Shown: one piece after another, positions 42,935 through 55,579 of the stretch | Layout: the number at the start of each line of letters is the position of its first letter | How positions within the stretch are numbered: position 1 is the stretch's first letter | Origin: Histomonas meleagridis 2922-C6/04-290x | Lineage: Eukaryota > Protista > Parabasalia | Direction: 5' to 3' | Length of the DNA: 64,000 bases | Assembly: GCA_020184695.1 (NCBI GenBank) | Contig: JAANOX010000179.1 | Location: 110,527-174,526, forward strand | The notes under the pieces: model-generated | Databases searched by the model: none | What the model saw: the letters and a program-made list of their open reading frames with translations, nothing else | Told to the model about the DNA's origin: nothing | Program-made: the position numbers and the translations under genes

Positions 42935-43397
42935 AAATATCTTTTTTATTTATTCATGAATAAATTGTCTAGATAGATTAATTATTATATTCGAAAAACC
43001 TGTTGAAATTACATTGTTGTTGCTTGTTTTTAACATGATCTTAAATTTATAACCTGCTTTATGAATATTTACTTAAATCTGACAAGTTAAATTTTATTGA
43101 GATCATAGATGTTATACTGTGCTAATCATTCAATTTAAAATTTCTCAGAAGCATATTGGAGGTTATAAGCTCAACAGAATTTTAATGAATTATAATTCAA
43201 CATATAAATATTAAGCAAAAGATAGAAATTCATGTTTTAATTTTAAGATTAATAGTATAAAATCACTTGAATTTGGATAAGAAAACTTTAAGAAAATGTT
43301 GGATAAAATTTTATTACAAAACAATTATTAAAAGCAATGGAGTTAAATAGCGACTTTTAATGTTGTTCTTTAGAAGTGATTTGTTTGGGTACTTATA

Positions 43398-44750
43398 TCA
43401 ACTTTTGTGGAATAAGAAATATGTTTTACATCGTGATATAGTTTTATTTTTACAATTAAAGTTTAGGTTTATAGAACTTAATTTACCCAAATGTAAAGTA
43501 TTACTAATTGATGGTGAAGATAAAGAGATGTTATTTTTAGTTTTGGATTCATCAAAATTCTCAGAATTTATATTTTTATTGGCACCTTTCTCTCTAAGTA
43601 ATTTAACTATTTCTGTACGAGAAATTCTAGATGCCAAAATAAGTGCTGTGTATTAATTAATTTAAATAATTTCCAAACATTATTTTAAAATATAAAATTA
43701 TTAAAATAAATATTAAATAAAACAAATAAATATCTTTTGCATGAATATCAATTCCTTCTTGAGCAAGAATATATTTGATAAGTTCAACATTATCTGATTT
43801 AACTGCAAATATTAAAAATTTTTAGGGATTTGATAATTTTGGAGAAAATATTTAACAAGAAATAAATTCCCAATTCTTCTAAATTCTTAAATTTATCATT
43901 TTTATTTTCATAAAGATATTTAAAGATATCATTTTGATGAAACATAATTGCTGTTTCATCTGCACCTTCAAATGATGAATGATTTTGTACACATATATGT
44001 ATAATTTCTTCATTTCCACCTGCACTGCATATTTACCTGTTTTTTCTACATTTGCACCTTTCATAAGTAAATATTTAAAACATTTTATTGATCCAAAAAA
44101 TGCTGCATAATCAAGAAATGTAATATCCCAATGAATCATTGAACATTTTTCATATGAAGTTGGTTTAATTTTTTTTTTTAAAAAAAAAAAATTAAAGTCA
44201 TTTTGTGCATTTATTTCTTGAAGTTTTTCTATTTTATCGTTTCTAATTATTTTTGATAATTTTATCGTAAGATCTAAAATTATATGAATCTACAGAAGTC
44301 TGGTGCGTAATATCATGATATTACGTAATATCAATTAAATTTTTTTCATTCATTTTCACTATTAAATAATTTGATCCATGTGAATCTATATTTCTTAAAT
44401 TCTTCTAAAAAATTTTTATAATTTGTGGATTATTTTTATTAATTTCTAATTCTTTTGTTTGAATTTTTTCTAAATAAGTAGAAAAAAATCATTCTCTTCT
44501 TTTTGGGAATAGAATGCATGATAAATCAAATTGCAAATGACTAAATCATATGAATATGGAAAATTTAAATCATATAATTTCATTATTTGTTCAATTGATG
44601 AATCAATGTTTTCTTGTGTTATATTAAATATGATTTTTTCTATTTTACAAAGGAATTCAACCAAAAGAGTTTTTGCATTTTCTTTATCATTATTTTTGGT
44701 ATTTATAATTTCATTAGGATTTGTGTTGGAAGTAACAAATTCATTACGTT
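43398..44750 (-). pseudogene. Frameshifted DUF3447-like/ankyrin gene with one spacer-interrupted ankyrin junction (spacer 43650-43731, 82 nt)
   Basis: Fragments: IEKIIFNITQENIDSSI..., IIRNDKIE, LDYAAFFGSIKCFKYLLM, FAVKSDNVELIKYILAQEGIDIHAKD [spacer] TALILASRISRTEIVKLLREKG. Several frameshifts and stops. Confidence 0.75.
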
Positions 44751-44982
44751 TTCATAAAAAATACAAAACAGAAGCCAGTGTCACTTTTTTTAACTCCAGG
44801 AATCAACACATTAATTTTCGAGCACACACAGAATGTTTACACTTGACTAGCTTACCTACCTCAAGGAACATCTTAATCAGTGTTAATCTAAAAAATAACA
44901 CCAACATGAATGAATTCTTTGATATAAATAATGAAATGATATCGAATTTCCCAATACAATTTTCATTTAAATCATTTTTTAT

Positions 44983-47900
44983 TTAAATCTCTTCCAAGTC
45001 ACTTAATTTTTCAGCATTATTTTCTTGCAATTCTTCAATTTCATCATTTTCATCAATCTTTTGTTTCATGAAACCGAATTTGTTTCTAAAAACGAAGAAT
45101 GCGACCAAAGCACCAGCTATGACCACAACGACTGCGACAACCACACCTGCTATGACACCACCATTTGATTCATTTCCTTGATTTTCATTTTGGTTTGTAT
45201 CCATTTGTGAATTTGTTTGTGATAATGTATAAGAAATTGTATTTATATTTGTATTTGTTCTTGTAGTTGTAGTTGAAGAAGGTTTTGAAGTCGGTTTTAT
45301 TGTAGGTTTTGTCGAAGGTTTTACTGTTGGTTGAATCGTTGGCTGCGGCGTTGGCTGTGGTTCTGATATTGGAAGACAACCATCGATAGTTTTATTAGCG
45401 ACAACTAATTGCCCGAAGTTCTTTTCTTTGTAATGTTCCAAAGTCATTATTGAAGTAGCTTTACATCCATAAAATGCATAAAGATACACATAAGGTTCTT
45501 CTTCACCATAATAATATAAACATGTTAAATTTGTACAATTAAAAAATGATTCTTTGCCAATATAACTAATGTTACTTGGGAAATAAACACTCCTTAATGA
45601 AGTACAATGAGAGAAAACATAACTTAATATTGTTTTAAGTTTTTCTGGAAGTTTAATATATGTTAATGAAGAACAACGATAAAATGCTTTATCGTTAATT
45701 ATTGTTATGTTATCAGGTAGTATAACACTTGTTAACGATATACAATTGATAAATGTTTCTTTGGATATTGAATTAATATTTATTTCTTCAATATTTATAG
45801 ATTTTAATGAATGACATGATTCAAATGCTTTGTTTCCAATCGAAGTAATATTCTTTGGAAGGATAATACTTGTTAATTGATAACAATATCTAAATAATTG
45901 ACTTCCAATTGATGTTATTAAATTAGGTAAAATGATATTTGTTAAATTATTACAACCCAAAAATGCTTCATCTTTAATTAATGTGATTGAATTTGGTAAA
46001 GTGATATTTTCAATATGACAACAAGAGAATGCAAGACGTCCAATTGTTTCAAGGGAATTTCCGAATTTTATATATTTTAATCCTGAATAGCAAAATGATT
46101 CATCACCAATTGTTATAAGTGAATCTGGTAATATAATCATTTCTAAATTCTCAGTACCATATAGAGATCGATTCCCAATTGTTACGACTGAATTACCAAG
46201 TGTAACTTTCTTTAAATAATAACATTTATAAAATGCTTCATCTTCAATAGAAGTAACTGAGTTACCAATTGTTAAATATAATAATGTCATGCATTGAATA
46301 AATGATTGTTGTGGTATAGTTGTAACTTTCCCATCAAATTGGATACTTGTTAAGGAATCTTGATAATATGGTTTTAGTTTTGATAGTGAAATATTTGGAC
46401 TTAAAATCGTAAGATTTTCTAGTTTACACAAAAAGAATTCACCATCATAAACAGAATCAATAATTAAATTTTCTCCGAAAACAACTGTAGTTAATACATC
46501 ACATGCACAAAATGAATATGTTCCAATCCTACAAACTGATTTACCAAGAATTAATGTTTTTAATGATGAACAACCGAAAAATCCATATGTATCAATATAT
46601 TGAATTGGTTCTGGAATTGTAAGATATTCAAAATTACAAGCAGTAAATGCACGTTCTGGAACTGTTGTTAAAGTTTTACTAAATGTAATATTTGATAAAT
46701 GTATACAATTTGAAAATGATGATATACCAAGTGTTGTTAAATTAGATGGAATTATAAGACTTGTTATATTAACACTATAAAATGCTTCTTTTCCTATACT
46801 AATAAGTGAGTCAGGTATATTTATATTACATAAAGAATAACAATGGGAAAATGCCTCGTCTCCAATTATTTGAATATTTGGAAGTATTACATTTGTTAAT
46901 TTATTACTATCATAAAAAGCTCTTCTTCCAATATGAGTAACTGAATCATTACGAATTGTCACGTTAATTAATTCAGTAAAATGATAAAATGTTTCATCTT
47001 CAATTGATGAATAATTACTTTCAATAACAATATTTCTTACAACATACCGTAAATTCTTTGTAACATCTTTAAGTGATACTAATGAAGAATATAAAATTAA
47101 ATTTTGTATTTGACATTTTTCAAATACACTTTTACATGTTTTCAAACCTCTTCCTATGATAAGTGTTTCTAATTTTTGACAATTTGTAAATGTATTAAAC
47201 GGAATTTCCACAACTTTATCGCCAATTCTTACATATGTTAATGTTTCAGCAAACTCATTTGTAAGGGAAACGTATTGACAAAGTAATGTAAGATTACTAA
47301 CAGGACAGTAGGAGAATGCCCAATCAACTGATGATAAACTTAAACCACTACCCATTACAAGTGTAACTAAGTTAGTACAATAGTCAAAAGCAGAATAAGA
47401 AATATCTTTAACACCATTTGAAATTGTTATATCAGTAAATGATGTGCATTTATAAAATGCATATCCTTCAATGGATGTAACATTATTTGGAAAGATAATA
47501 TTTGATAATGAGATACAATTATAAAAAGCATATGAACAAATGGTTTTAATTGATTCTGGAATTATAAATTCTTCTAATGATATACAATTATAAAATGCTT
47601 TAAATGGAATACTTTCAACTGAATTATTAAATATTGCTGTCTTTAGCATAACGCAATCTTCAAATGTTCCACGAGTTGGGCGATATTCATTTAGAAGAAC
47701 TTTTTCACCTAAAAATACATTTGTTAATGTTGATTTAAAAACATCTGTCATATATGAAATAAAAGTAATTGGATTATATATTGTAAGATTTTTAACAGGA
47801 CAATAATAAAATGAATCTGAAATATCTTCATAACATACATTTTCACCAATAGTAAGTGTTTCTAATTTAGTACAATAATCAAATGATGCAGTACGAAGAT

Positions 47901-50900
47901 AAATTACATTGTTTGGTATTATAATACATGTTATAGATGAACAATTATAAAATACATATTTTTGTATATCATTCATATTTTTAGGAATTTTAACATCCGT
48001 TAACATTGTACAATTAGCAAATGCTGAATCACCAATTGAAGTAATATTATCTGAAAAATTAAAACTTATTAAAGAAGAACAATTACAAAATGCATTTTCT
48101 TCAATTGTATTTATTGTATCATTACTTATTACATTTATTAATGATTTACAATTACAAAATGCACCTATTCCAATTGTGTTTGTTGGATATAAAATTGTAT
48201 AATTTTCATCAGATTTATCTTCTGGATAACATATAATTTTTGTATAATTTTTGGTATAAATAATTCCATCATTTTCATAATTAGTATAATTTTGATTATC
48301 TTTTGAAACATTAATATATTGAAGATGATTACAAAGATTAAAAATATAATTTCCAATTGATGAAACATTTCCTGGAATAAAAATTTTTGTAAATGAACAA
48401 TTTCTAAATGAATATGATCCTATTGTTGTAACTGTGTTAGGAATTATAAATTCTGATATTTTTCGACATGAATCAAATGCATAATCTTCAATTGTTGTAA
48501 TTTTTTCTCCTAATAAAACATATTCTAAAGTTGGTCTAATATTTAGTGTTAGTCTTAAAATAGAAATATTTGAACTTAAAATCGTAAGATTTTTTATTGG
48601 CGTAAAAAGAAATATATCCACAATATGTGTTTCTATTCCTTCACCAAGAACAATGGTTTCTAATTTAATACAACTTTTAAATACTTGATAACCGATTGAA
48701 GTCACAGAATTTGGAATTATAATATTGGTAATTAAACGACATGCATGAAATGCATAGTCATCAATTAGTTGAACTTTATTTGGTATTATAATATCCGTTA
48801 ATGAATAACATCTTTGAAATGCATATGCTTTAATTTCAATAAGTGAATCAGGTAATGATACATTTACCAGAGATTCACATTCAAAAAACGCTCCACTTTC
48901 AATTGTTTTAATTGAATTACCAAATATAACATTTTTTAATGTTGAAAATGAATAAAACATATGATAATTTATTGTTGTAACTTTATCTCCTAATATAACA
49001 TTAGTTAAATTTGATTTAAATCCATTTAGATAATTAAAATCTTCAGCATCACCAAGAATTGTATAATTTGTTATTGGACAAGCTTGAAATGCATTCGCAT
49101 TAATTGTACTTACGTTTTCTTCAATAATAAGTGTTTCTAATTTATTACAATTATAAAATGCTTTTTCATCAATCAAAGTTACAAATTTTGGAATTATAAT
49201 TTTTGTGAATAAAGAACAACAAGAAAATGCTTCTTTACCAATTATTTTAGTTGTATTTGGGAATATAAAAGTTTCTAACGATTGGCAATTATAAAATGCT
49301 TTATTTCTAAATGATTCGATATGATTTCCTAATGTTAAATTATTTAATTTTTTACAATCTGAAAATGATGCAGCTTTAATTGTTGTTATCTTATCACTTA
49401 ATATTACATTTGTTAATGTACCTCGAATAACATCAGTAACATTTAAAATTAAAACCATCGGACTGAGAATCGTAAGATCTGTAATTGAAGATCCCTCAAA
49501 TGCATCTGATCTAAAATATTTTACATTTTCTCCAATAGTTAAAGATTTTATATTCTTACAATACCTAAAAGAATGAACTTCAACAGTAATTACTGAATTA
49601 GGAATTACAATACTTGTTAAAGAAATACATGTGGAAAATGCTGAATAACCAATTGTTATAAGAGAATTTGGAAATGTTAAATTTGTTAATGATGTACACT
49701 CATAAAAAGCTTCTTCTTGAATTATTTGCGTATTATTTCCAAATTTTATAGTTAATAACTTTCTACAATAAATAAATGCTGATTTTTCAACTGTTATGAT
49801 TTTATCACCAAGAATTGCATTTGTTAAATTTGAACAAATGAATCTATTAATTGACGAAATCGATATACTTGGACTAAGGATTGTAAGGTTTGTAATTTGA
49901 ATAGAATATAATGAATTTGATCCCATTTTTTTTATACTTTCTCCGAGTATTAATGTATGTAATAAATTACAATTTTCAAATAAATAATCACCAATTGTTT
50001 GAACTGAATTACCAAATGTAAAACTTGTTAATGAATAGCAATAAGAAAATGCACTATCACCAACAGAAGTAACTTTATCTGGAATTATAACATTTGTTAA
50101 TAATTTGCAACCTAAGAATGCCATTTTTTCAATTATTTCAACAGAATCTCCAAATATAACATTTTCTAATGAATAACAATTACAAAATGACTCATATCCA
50201 ATTAAAGTTACTGCATCTGGAATTATAATACTTTGTAATGCAGAACATTTATAAAATGCCCGTGAATAAATTAAAGTAACAGATTTACCTAATGTAATAT
50301 TTGATAAATTAGGACACTTATAAAATGTATTATTATTAATTAATGTGACTTTATCAGGAATTGTAAATGTTTTTAATAGTAAACCAGTAAATGCATATTT
50401 TCCTATATTAATAACATTATTAGGAATTATTATATCAGTTAATGATGTACATGAATCAAATGCATAATCACCAATTGTCTGAACTGATTTACCAATTGTA
50501 ATATTCTTTAATAACTTACATTCTTCAAATGCTCTATTACCTATTTCTTCAACTTTATCTCCAATAATGACATTTGTTAAATTATATTTAAAAATAGAGG
50601 TAAGAGTTTTAATTGAAGCTGAAACATTTGTACTAAGAACTGTAAGATTTATAACTGGACAATTTCGGAATGTAGAAACGTCAAGTTTTCCGACTTTTTC
50701 TCCGATAACTAAATCAACTAATAATTCACAATTATAAAATGCAGAATTAGAAATAAGTGTAACACTATTTGGAATTTTGAGACTTGTAATTGAACATTCA
50801 CTAAATGCAGATACGCTTATTTCAATAATATTATCTGGAATGATTAGGTTACTTATAGAATGACATTGATAAAATGCTCTTGATTGTATTATCTTTAATG

Positions 50901-52083
50901 ATTTTCCAATTGTAATATTAGATAATGATGTACAACCTTCAAAACAACTTTCTCCAATTGATGTAATTGAATCTGAAATAATAAAACTTTGTAAAGAAAT
51001 ACAATTTTGAAATGCAAATTTTCCAATAACAACAAGTGAACTTCCATAATTAATTTGTACTAAATATTTACAATCTTTAAATGCATTTTCTTGAAATGAA
51101 CCTATTTTATCACCAAAAGTTACTGATGTTAAATTAGTTAAATCTAGATTCTTTAATACATAATATAGGTTATAAGGACTTAAAACGGTGAGATTTTTAA
51201 CTGAACATTCGAATGAGTGTTGATAAGGTTGCGCGTTTTCTCCGATATATAATGTATCTAAATTGACTTTATCTAATATATAATCACCAATTGAAGTTGC
51301 TAAATTTCCTTTTACAATAAAAGTTTTTAATGATGTGCAATACTGAAATGCATAATAATCAATAGTAGCAATATTTTCCAAAATTATTGGTGTCTTTAAA
51401 GATACACATTTAAAAAATGCTTTCATTTTTATTGTGGTAAGACTTGTTGGAATTGTAATGTTTTCTAATGAAGTACATTCAGAAAATGCTTCGATTCCAA
51501 TTGATTTGATACTATTTGGGAGTATAATGTTTTTTAATGATGTACATTGATAGAATCCACCATCTTCAATTGAAGTAATGGAATTTGGAAGTGTGACGCT
51601 TTTTAAACGGGTATTACAAGCAAATGCATTTTTTTCGATTAATGTGATGGTATCACATATAATAATATTAATTGGATCTGTAACTAAATTTATTGCGAAA
51701 TCATGATATGAAATAGCTGTACTGGAAAAAGTGATATTTGTAAGATTATTACATTCAGTGAATACATTAAAATAGATTGTTTTTAATTTTATTCCTATAA
51801 TAAGCGTTTCCAGATTGATGCATCCATTAAATGCATCACTATTAATTACTTTTACAGAGTTCCCAATATCAGCAGAAACTAACGTTATCCAATTTTTGAA
51901 TGCTGACTGTGGAATGTTATCAATTCCTTCTGATATTACAACATGTTTTGCTTGATTTTTATATGTTTGGGTGAAATCTGAAGTATTTGTGATGTATAAT
52001 GTCTCTGTTTCATTATCAAATGTTTGATGTGTGTATGAAAAGTATATTGAAAATAAAAAAATCAAAAAATTGATTTTCCCCAT
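44983..52083 (-). CDS. BspA-like (TpLRR/LRR_5) surface protein, 2366 aa
   Basis: Signal-like N-terminus, dozens of LxxIxIPxxVxxIxxxAFxxC repeats, Pro/Thr linker, TM GGVIAGVVVAVVVVIAGALVAFFVF and acidic tail. Confidence 0.93.
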   Translation of the reverse strand: MGKINFLIFLFSIYFSYTHQTFDNETETLYITNTSDFTQTYKNQAKHVVISEGIDNIPQSAFKNWITLVSADIGNSVKVINSDAFNGCINLETLIIGIKLKTIYFNVFTECNNLTNITFSSTAISYHDFAINLVTDPINIIICDTITLIEKNAFACNTRLKSVTLPNSITSIEDGGFYQCTSLKNIILPNSIKSIGIEAFSECTSLENITIPTSLTTIKMKAFFKCVSLKTPIILENIATIDYYAFQYCTSLKTFIVKGNLATSIGDYILDKVNLDTLYIGENAQPYQHSFECSVKNLTVLSPYNLYYVLKNLDLTNLTSVTFGDKIGSFQENAFKDCKYLVQINYGSSLVVIGKFAFQNCISLQSFIISDSITSIGESCFEGCTSLSNITIGKSLKIIQSRAFYQCHSISNLIIPDNIIEISVSAFSECSITSLKIPNSVTLISNSAFYNCELLVDLVIGEKVGKLDVSTFRNCPVINLTVLSTNVSASIKTLTSIFKYNLTNVIIGDKVEEIGNRAFEECKLLKNITIGKSVQTIGDYAFDSCTSLTDIIIPNNVINIGKYAFTGLLLKTFTIPDKVTLINNNTFYKCPNLSNITLGKSVTLIYSRAFYKCSALQSIIIPDAVTLIGYESFCNCYSLENVIFGDSVEIIEKMAFLGCKLLTNVIIPDKVTSVGDSAFSYCYSLTSFTFGNSVQTIGDYLFENCNLLHTLILGESIKKMGSNSLYSIQITNLTILSPSISISSINRFICSNLTNAILGDKIITVEKSAFIYCRKLLTIKFGNNTQIIQEEAFYECTSLTNLTFPNSLITIGYSAFSTCISLTSIVIPNSVITVEVHSFRYCKNIKSLTIGENVKYFRSDAFEGSSITDLTILSPMVLILNVTDVIRGTLTNVILSDKITTIKAASFSDCKKLNNLTLGNHIESFRNKAFYNCQSLETFIFPNTTKIIGKEAFSCCSLFTKIIIPKFVTLIDEKAFYNCNKLETLIIEENVSTINANAFQACPITNYTILGDAEDFNYLNGFKSNLTNVILGDKVTTINYHMFYSFSTLKNVIFGNSIKTIESGAFFECESLVNVSLPDSLIEIKAYAFQRCYSLTDIIIPNKVQLIDDYAFHACRLITNIIIPNSVTSIGYQVFKSCIKLETIVLGEGIETHIVDIFLFTPIKNLTILSSNISILRLTLNIRPTLEYVLLGEKITTIEDYAFDSCRKISEFIIPNTVTTIGSYSFRNCSFTKIFIPGNVSSIGNYIFNLCNHLQYINVSKDNQNYTNYENDGIIYTKNYTKIICYPEDKSDENYTILYPTNTIGIGAFCNCKSLINVISNDTINTIEENAFCNCSSLISFNFSDNITSIGDSAFANCTMLTDVKIPKNMNDIQKYVFYNCSSITCIIIPNNVIYLRTASFDYCTKLETLTIGENVCYEDISDSFYYCPVKNLTIYNPITFISYMTDVFKSTLTNVFLGEKVLLNEYRPTRGTFEDCVMLKTAIFNNSVESIPFKAFYNCISLEEFIIPESIKTICSYAFYNCISLSNIIFPNNVTSIEGYAFYKCTSFTDITISNGVKDISYSAFDYCTNLVTLVMGSGLSLSSVDWAFSYCPVSNLTLLCQYVSLTNEFAETLTYVRIGDKVVEIPFNTFTNCQKLETLIIGRGLKTCKSVFEKCQIQNLILYSSLVSLKDVTKNLRYVVRNIVIESNYSSIEDETFYHFTELINVTIRNDSVTHIGRRAFYDSNKLTNVILPNIQIIGDEAFSHCYSLCNINIPDSLISIGKEAFYSVNITSLIIPSNLTTLGISSFSNCIHLSNITFSKTLTTVPERAFTACNFEYLTIPEPIQYIDTYGFFGCSSLKTLILGKSVCRIGTYSFCACDVLTTVVFGENLIIDSVYDGEFFLCKLENLTILSPNISLSKLKPYYQDSLTSIQFDGKVTTIPQQSFIQCMTLLYLTIGNSVTSIEDEAFYKCYYLKKVTLGNSVVTIGNRSLYGTENLEMIILPDSLITIGDESFCYSGLKYIKFGNSLETIGRLAFSCCHIENITLPNSITLIKDEAFLGCNNLTNIILPNLITSIGSQLFRYCYQLTSIILPKNITSIGNKAFESCHSLKSINIEEININSISKETFINCISLTSVILPDNITIINDKAFYRCSSLTYIKLPEKLKTILSYVFSHCTSLRSVYFPSNISYIGKESFFNCTNLTCLYYYGEEEPYVYLYAFYGCKATSIMTLEHYKEKNFGQLVVANKTIDGCLPISEPQPTPQPTIQPTVKPSTKPTIKPTSKPSSTTTTRTNTNINTISYTLSQTNSQMDTNQNENQGNESNGGVIAGVVVAVVVVIAGALVAFFVFRNKFGFMKQKIDENDEIEELQENNAEKLSDLEEI

Positions 52084-52740
52084 TTGAGAAAAAATAAAAA
52101 ATTATGGCCAACAGATTTGAATGATTTTGACTAAGTTAGCATTGAAAAAATAAATGCCAAAATTCACTTTTTTACTCATCAAAAAAAGTCGTTTTTTCGA
52201 TCATCGAACTGAAAAAGTTGATTATTGAATACAGGAATTAACATGCTTTACCTTGAAAGTGACAATTTGCTCAAAAAGTTAATGTAAACAGTGAAATGGG
52301 AATTTAGGGAAACAATTTTCATTTGTATATCATATGTCAAAGGAAATATAACATTAACAGTAAGTCAAAGATATTATTCGCAAATTTGATTAATGTGCTA
52401 TAAAAATTGTCGATTTAAGATTTTTTAATGATACTCGATCAAAAAATTATATTTCTTTACATCATTCTTTATAATATCGGATAAATCAAAAAGTAGTCAT
52501 GACTTGAGCAATATCATATTATTACTTCTTTGCGTAAAAAATGTATAAAATATATGAGTAAAGATTTGCCTGTTGATGATAAACCTAATAATATTATAAA
52601 TTACTAAAGAAGCAAAACAGGTGCTTTTGAATACAGTAACGAGGCCAGCAATTCAAATGAAGAAAATCCAGTAAAGATGATTTGTATACATAATTAAATG
52701 CCAGAGGTTAATTTAACAACAAAGTTATTGATCTCTTCGA

Positions 52741-54680
52741 ATGAGCTCATTACACAGTCTAGTTTGTATAAATCTCATAAAAGCATTACAATGTTTTTCA
52801 TCTTCATCATTTACAAGTTGTTTTCTTTCAAGAATTTTCGAGCCATCTTTACAATTTTTAATGAATAACAATGGTTCGAATGTTACACAAACTATACAAT
52901 TCATTCGAGGAATATTTGATGTATTTAATAAAGGTTCATTTAAAGATTTACCTTTACGATTATTAAAATATTTTAATGATGCAATTACACATAATCCAAA
53001 ATTATCATTATATTGTTCATCTTTAATTCCTACATTTATAAATTATAATATACATTTTTGTTCGAAACAATTTTTGTTTAAGTTTTGACATTTTTTTACA
53101 TTCATCATCGAATAATCAAGGATTTGATTTATCTTTAACTAATGTATATCAATTACATTCAACTATAAATAATATTGGTGTTAATGAAGAAACTTTATCT
53201 TGTTTAATAAAAATTATAGCAAGGAAGTTGAACTAATCATTCATCTTCTATGTTTTTTATACATGTTCCTTCATTAATTTTATTAATATTAAGTTTAATT
53301 GAAAGTGAAGAAAACTCAAAAAAATATTTAAATTTATTTTATGATTTATGTAATTATTCGATTTATAATTGTATTCAATGTAATGAGTTATTTTGATGTA
53401 TTATTACTGAAAATAATACAAAATTTTAATAATAAATTTTCTTATCATGGATTTACTTTTAACTTCAAATTTTCTGAAGATTATGTAATAAATCGAATTA
53501 TTCCATTAATATTCTTAATTTCACAATATATTTCTTCACTACCAATAAAATATAAAATATGATATCAATTATTTATCCACAAAATAATAATGAAAAATTC
53601 TCAGAAGAATTATTAACTTCATTTGCGAATTCTTCTTTTATAAAATCGAGTAATCCTCTTCAAATTACTTTATTAAATTATGAACAACTTAAAAATGGTA
53701 TTACTATTTATTTTTATCTAAAAATTGATTCATTTTATGGCCAATGTGAACTGTTTAAAATTTATAATGAAAAAGATAATGGAATTCGTTTTTATATGCA
53801 AGCTCAATTTTATCCGAAATTAATGTCGATGATAATAATAATTGAGCTAATGCACCTTTAGTTATCTATTTTCCTAATTGTGATTCTTAATTACAATTGA
53901 AAACATACCAAATAAAAAACCTTTGTTATCATTTTCTTATTCAGGAAAACCTTCAATAAATTTTCCTTTAGATTTATTTCCTTTTTTAACTGGAAAGATT
54001 GTGAAAATTATTTTCGGTGGAAAAGAAAATAAAAAAGATAATTTTTATGCAGAAGTTGGCGACTGATATATATTCGAAGGGATTTTAACTAATATTGAAA
54101 TCGGTAATTTCGAAAATTCTGTTTCTGATGTTAATCCTTTATTAGATTTAAGAAATAAAAAAGGTAAATAAGAAATCAGTGAAATTATTAATTCCATTTT
54201 TTACAATTTTTAATCAAATAATTATTAAATTCATTAACAAATATTTTTCAGAAATACATTTTTAGAAATTAACGTGTTTAGAAATTAAAACAAATTCATT
54301 TAATTCTGAAGAGAAATATGAAATTTGTAAACAATACAGAATTTCCGGCTAATGGACAGATTTTCGTGTACGGTACTGTATTTATCAAGAATTAATAAAT
54401 TTACTTTTTGAAATTCCATTAGTTTATTCTTTATGTATTTTATATTCATTTAATAAAAATGAATTTGATTAAGTAATAAATGAAAATTTAAGTAAAATAA
54501 TTGTAAATGATTCATTTTGGTCATGCGGAGCTTTTTATTGAATATTTATGATCCAAGAATTTCATTACAATCAGAAATAACAAATATAATTTATATTAAA
54601 AAACATAAATCATTAATGATAACAACAAAGAAAGGTAATGTGAAAATTATTCCTGAAACAATAATTTCGAAAAAATCATG
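52741..54680 (+). pseudogene. Decayed protein-coding sequence of unknown family
   Basis: Successive short coding-like ORFs in different frames (52741, 53341, 53559) and coding-like patches up to ~54680, broken by stops. Confidence 0.4.
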
Positions 54681-55579
54681 AATAAAAGTTAGAGAGTTTG
54701 TTTTTATTTTTAAAATATTTTTTATAACTAAATTTAAATGCTATTTTTAATATTCAAAATTTTGTAATAATAAAGATTTATTCACTATTACGATTTTATA
54801 ATTTCTTTCATTTAAAAATATATAGGGGTGCAAAAAGTCCTAACCCCACCCCCTTTTCTCGACGTCCTCTTGATCAAGAAAAATGATGAATGAACTCTAT
54901 GTGCGTTTTATTATTTTTTAAAAATATCGTAAAAGAAAGATCTCCATATGCTATCGGTGAACGATATATGGGGGTCGAAAAATTTTCGATGAATTTATTA
55001 AACATTTTCAAAATCATAATTTTTGCGTATGGAAATATTCTTTTATCAAAATAGAAATTTTTAATTTTTCAAAAATTGTCATATACAATCTTAACACAAT
55101 CATTGAAATAAGACTATAGTCTGGTAATTTTAACATAAATATTTCCTTGTAATGAATTGTTCATATTCTTTTATAACAGTAACAATATTTATGCTATACA
55201 ATGGGTGATCTCTCGCTGGAGGCTTGTTTGGTATCTTCCAAAAAGAAATGCTTAAGTCGACGATACACGTGGAAAAACAATTGCTCAAGTTACACTAATA
55301 TGGGAAACACAATGAACTTTAGCATTTGGTACTTCAAAATCACTGAGAAGAAATAAACGAAATTGCTAAATTAGATAAAATACATATGGAAATTTGGAGT
55401 GATTTTAGAATTATGCTCAACCATGTTGAGGAGATATCTAAGCCATGTTTTTTGCGAATATTTGATCTTCGAGTTGATTTTAATTTGTTAACAATATATG
55501 CTTTATTTCCATTTCTTATTGAAAATGAAGATTTGATGTTTGTAGAAGAGGAATCTGATTTAAAATTTTTGTTTGTACT

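Noticed and set aside
44531-44986. 151-aa plus-strand ORF
   Set aside because: It is antisense to the 5' end and promoter of the ankyrin pseudogene and has no recognisable motif.
54820-54990. Possible element ends (TATAGGGGTGCAAAAA, TATGGGGGTCGAAAAA and palindrome TCGAAAAATTTTCGA)
   Set aside because: They are in direct rather than inverted orientation, with no TSD or second copy visible.
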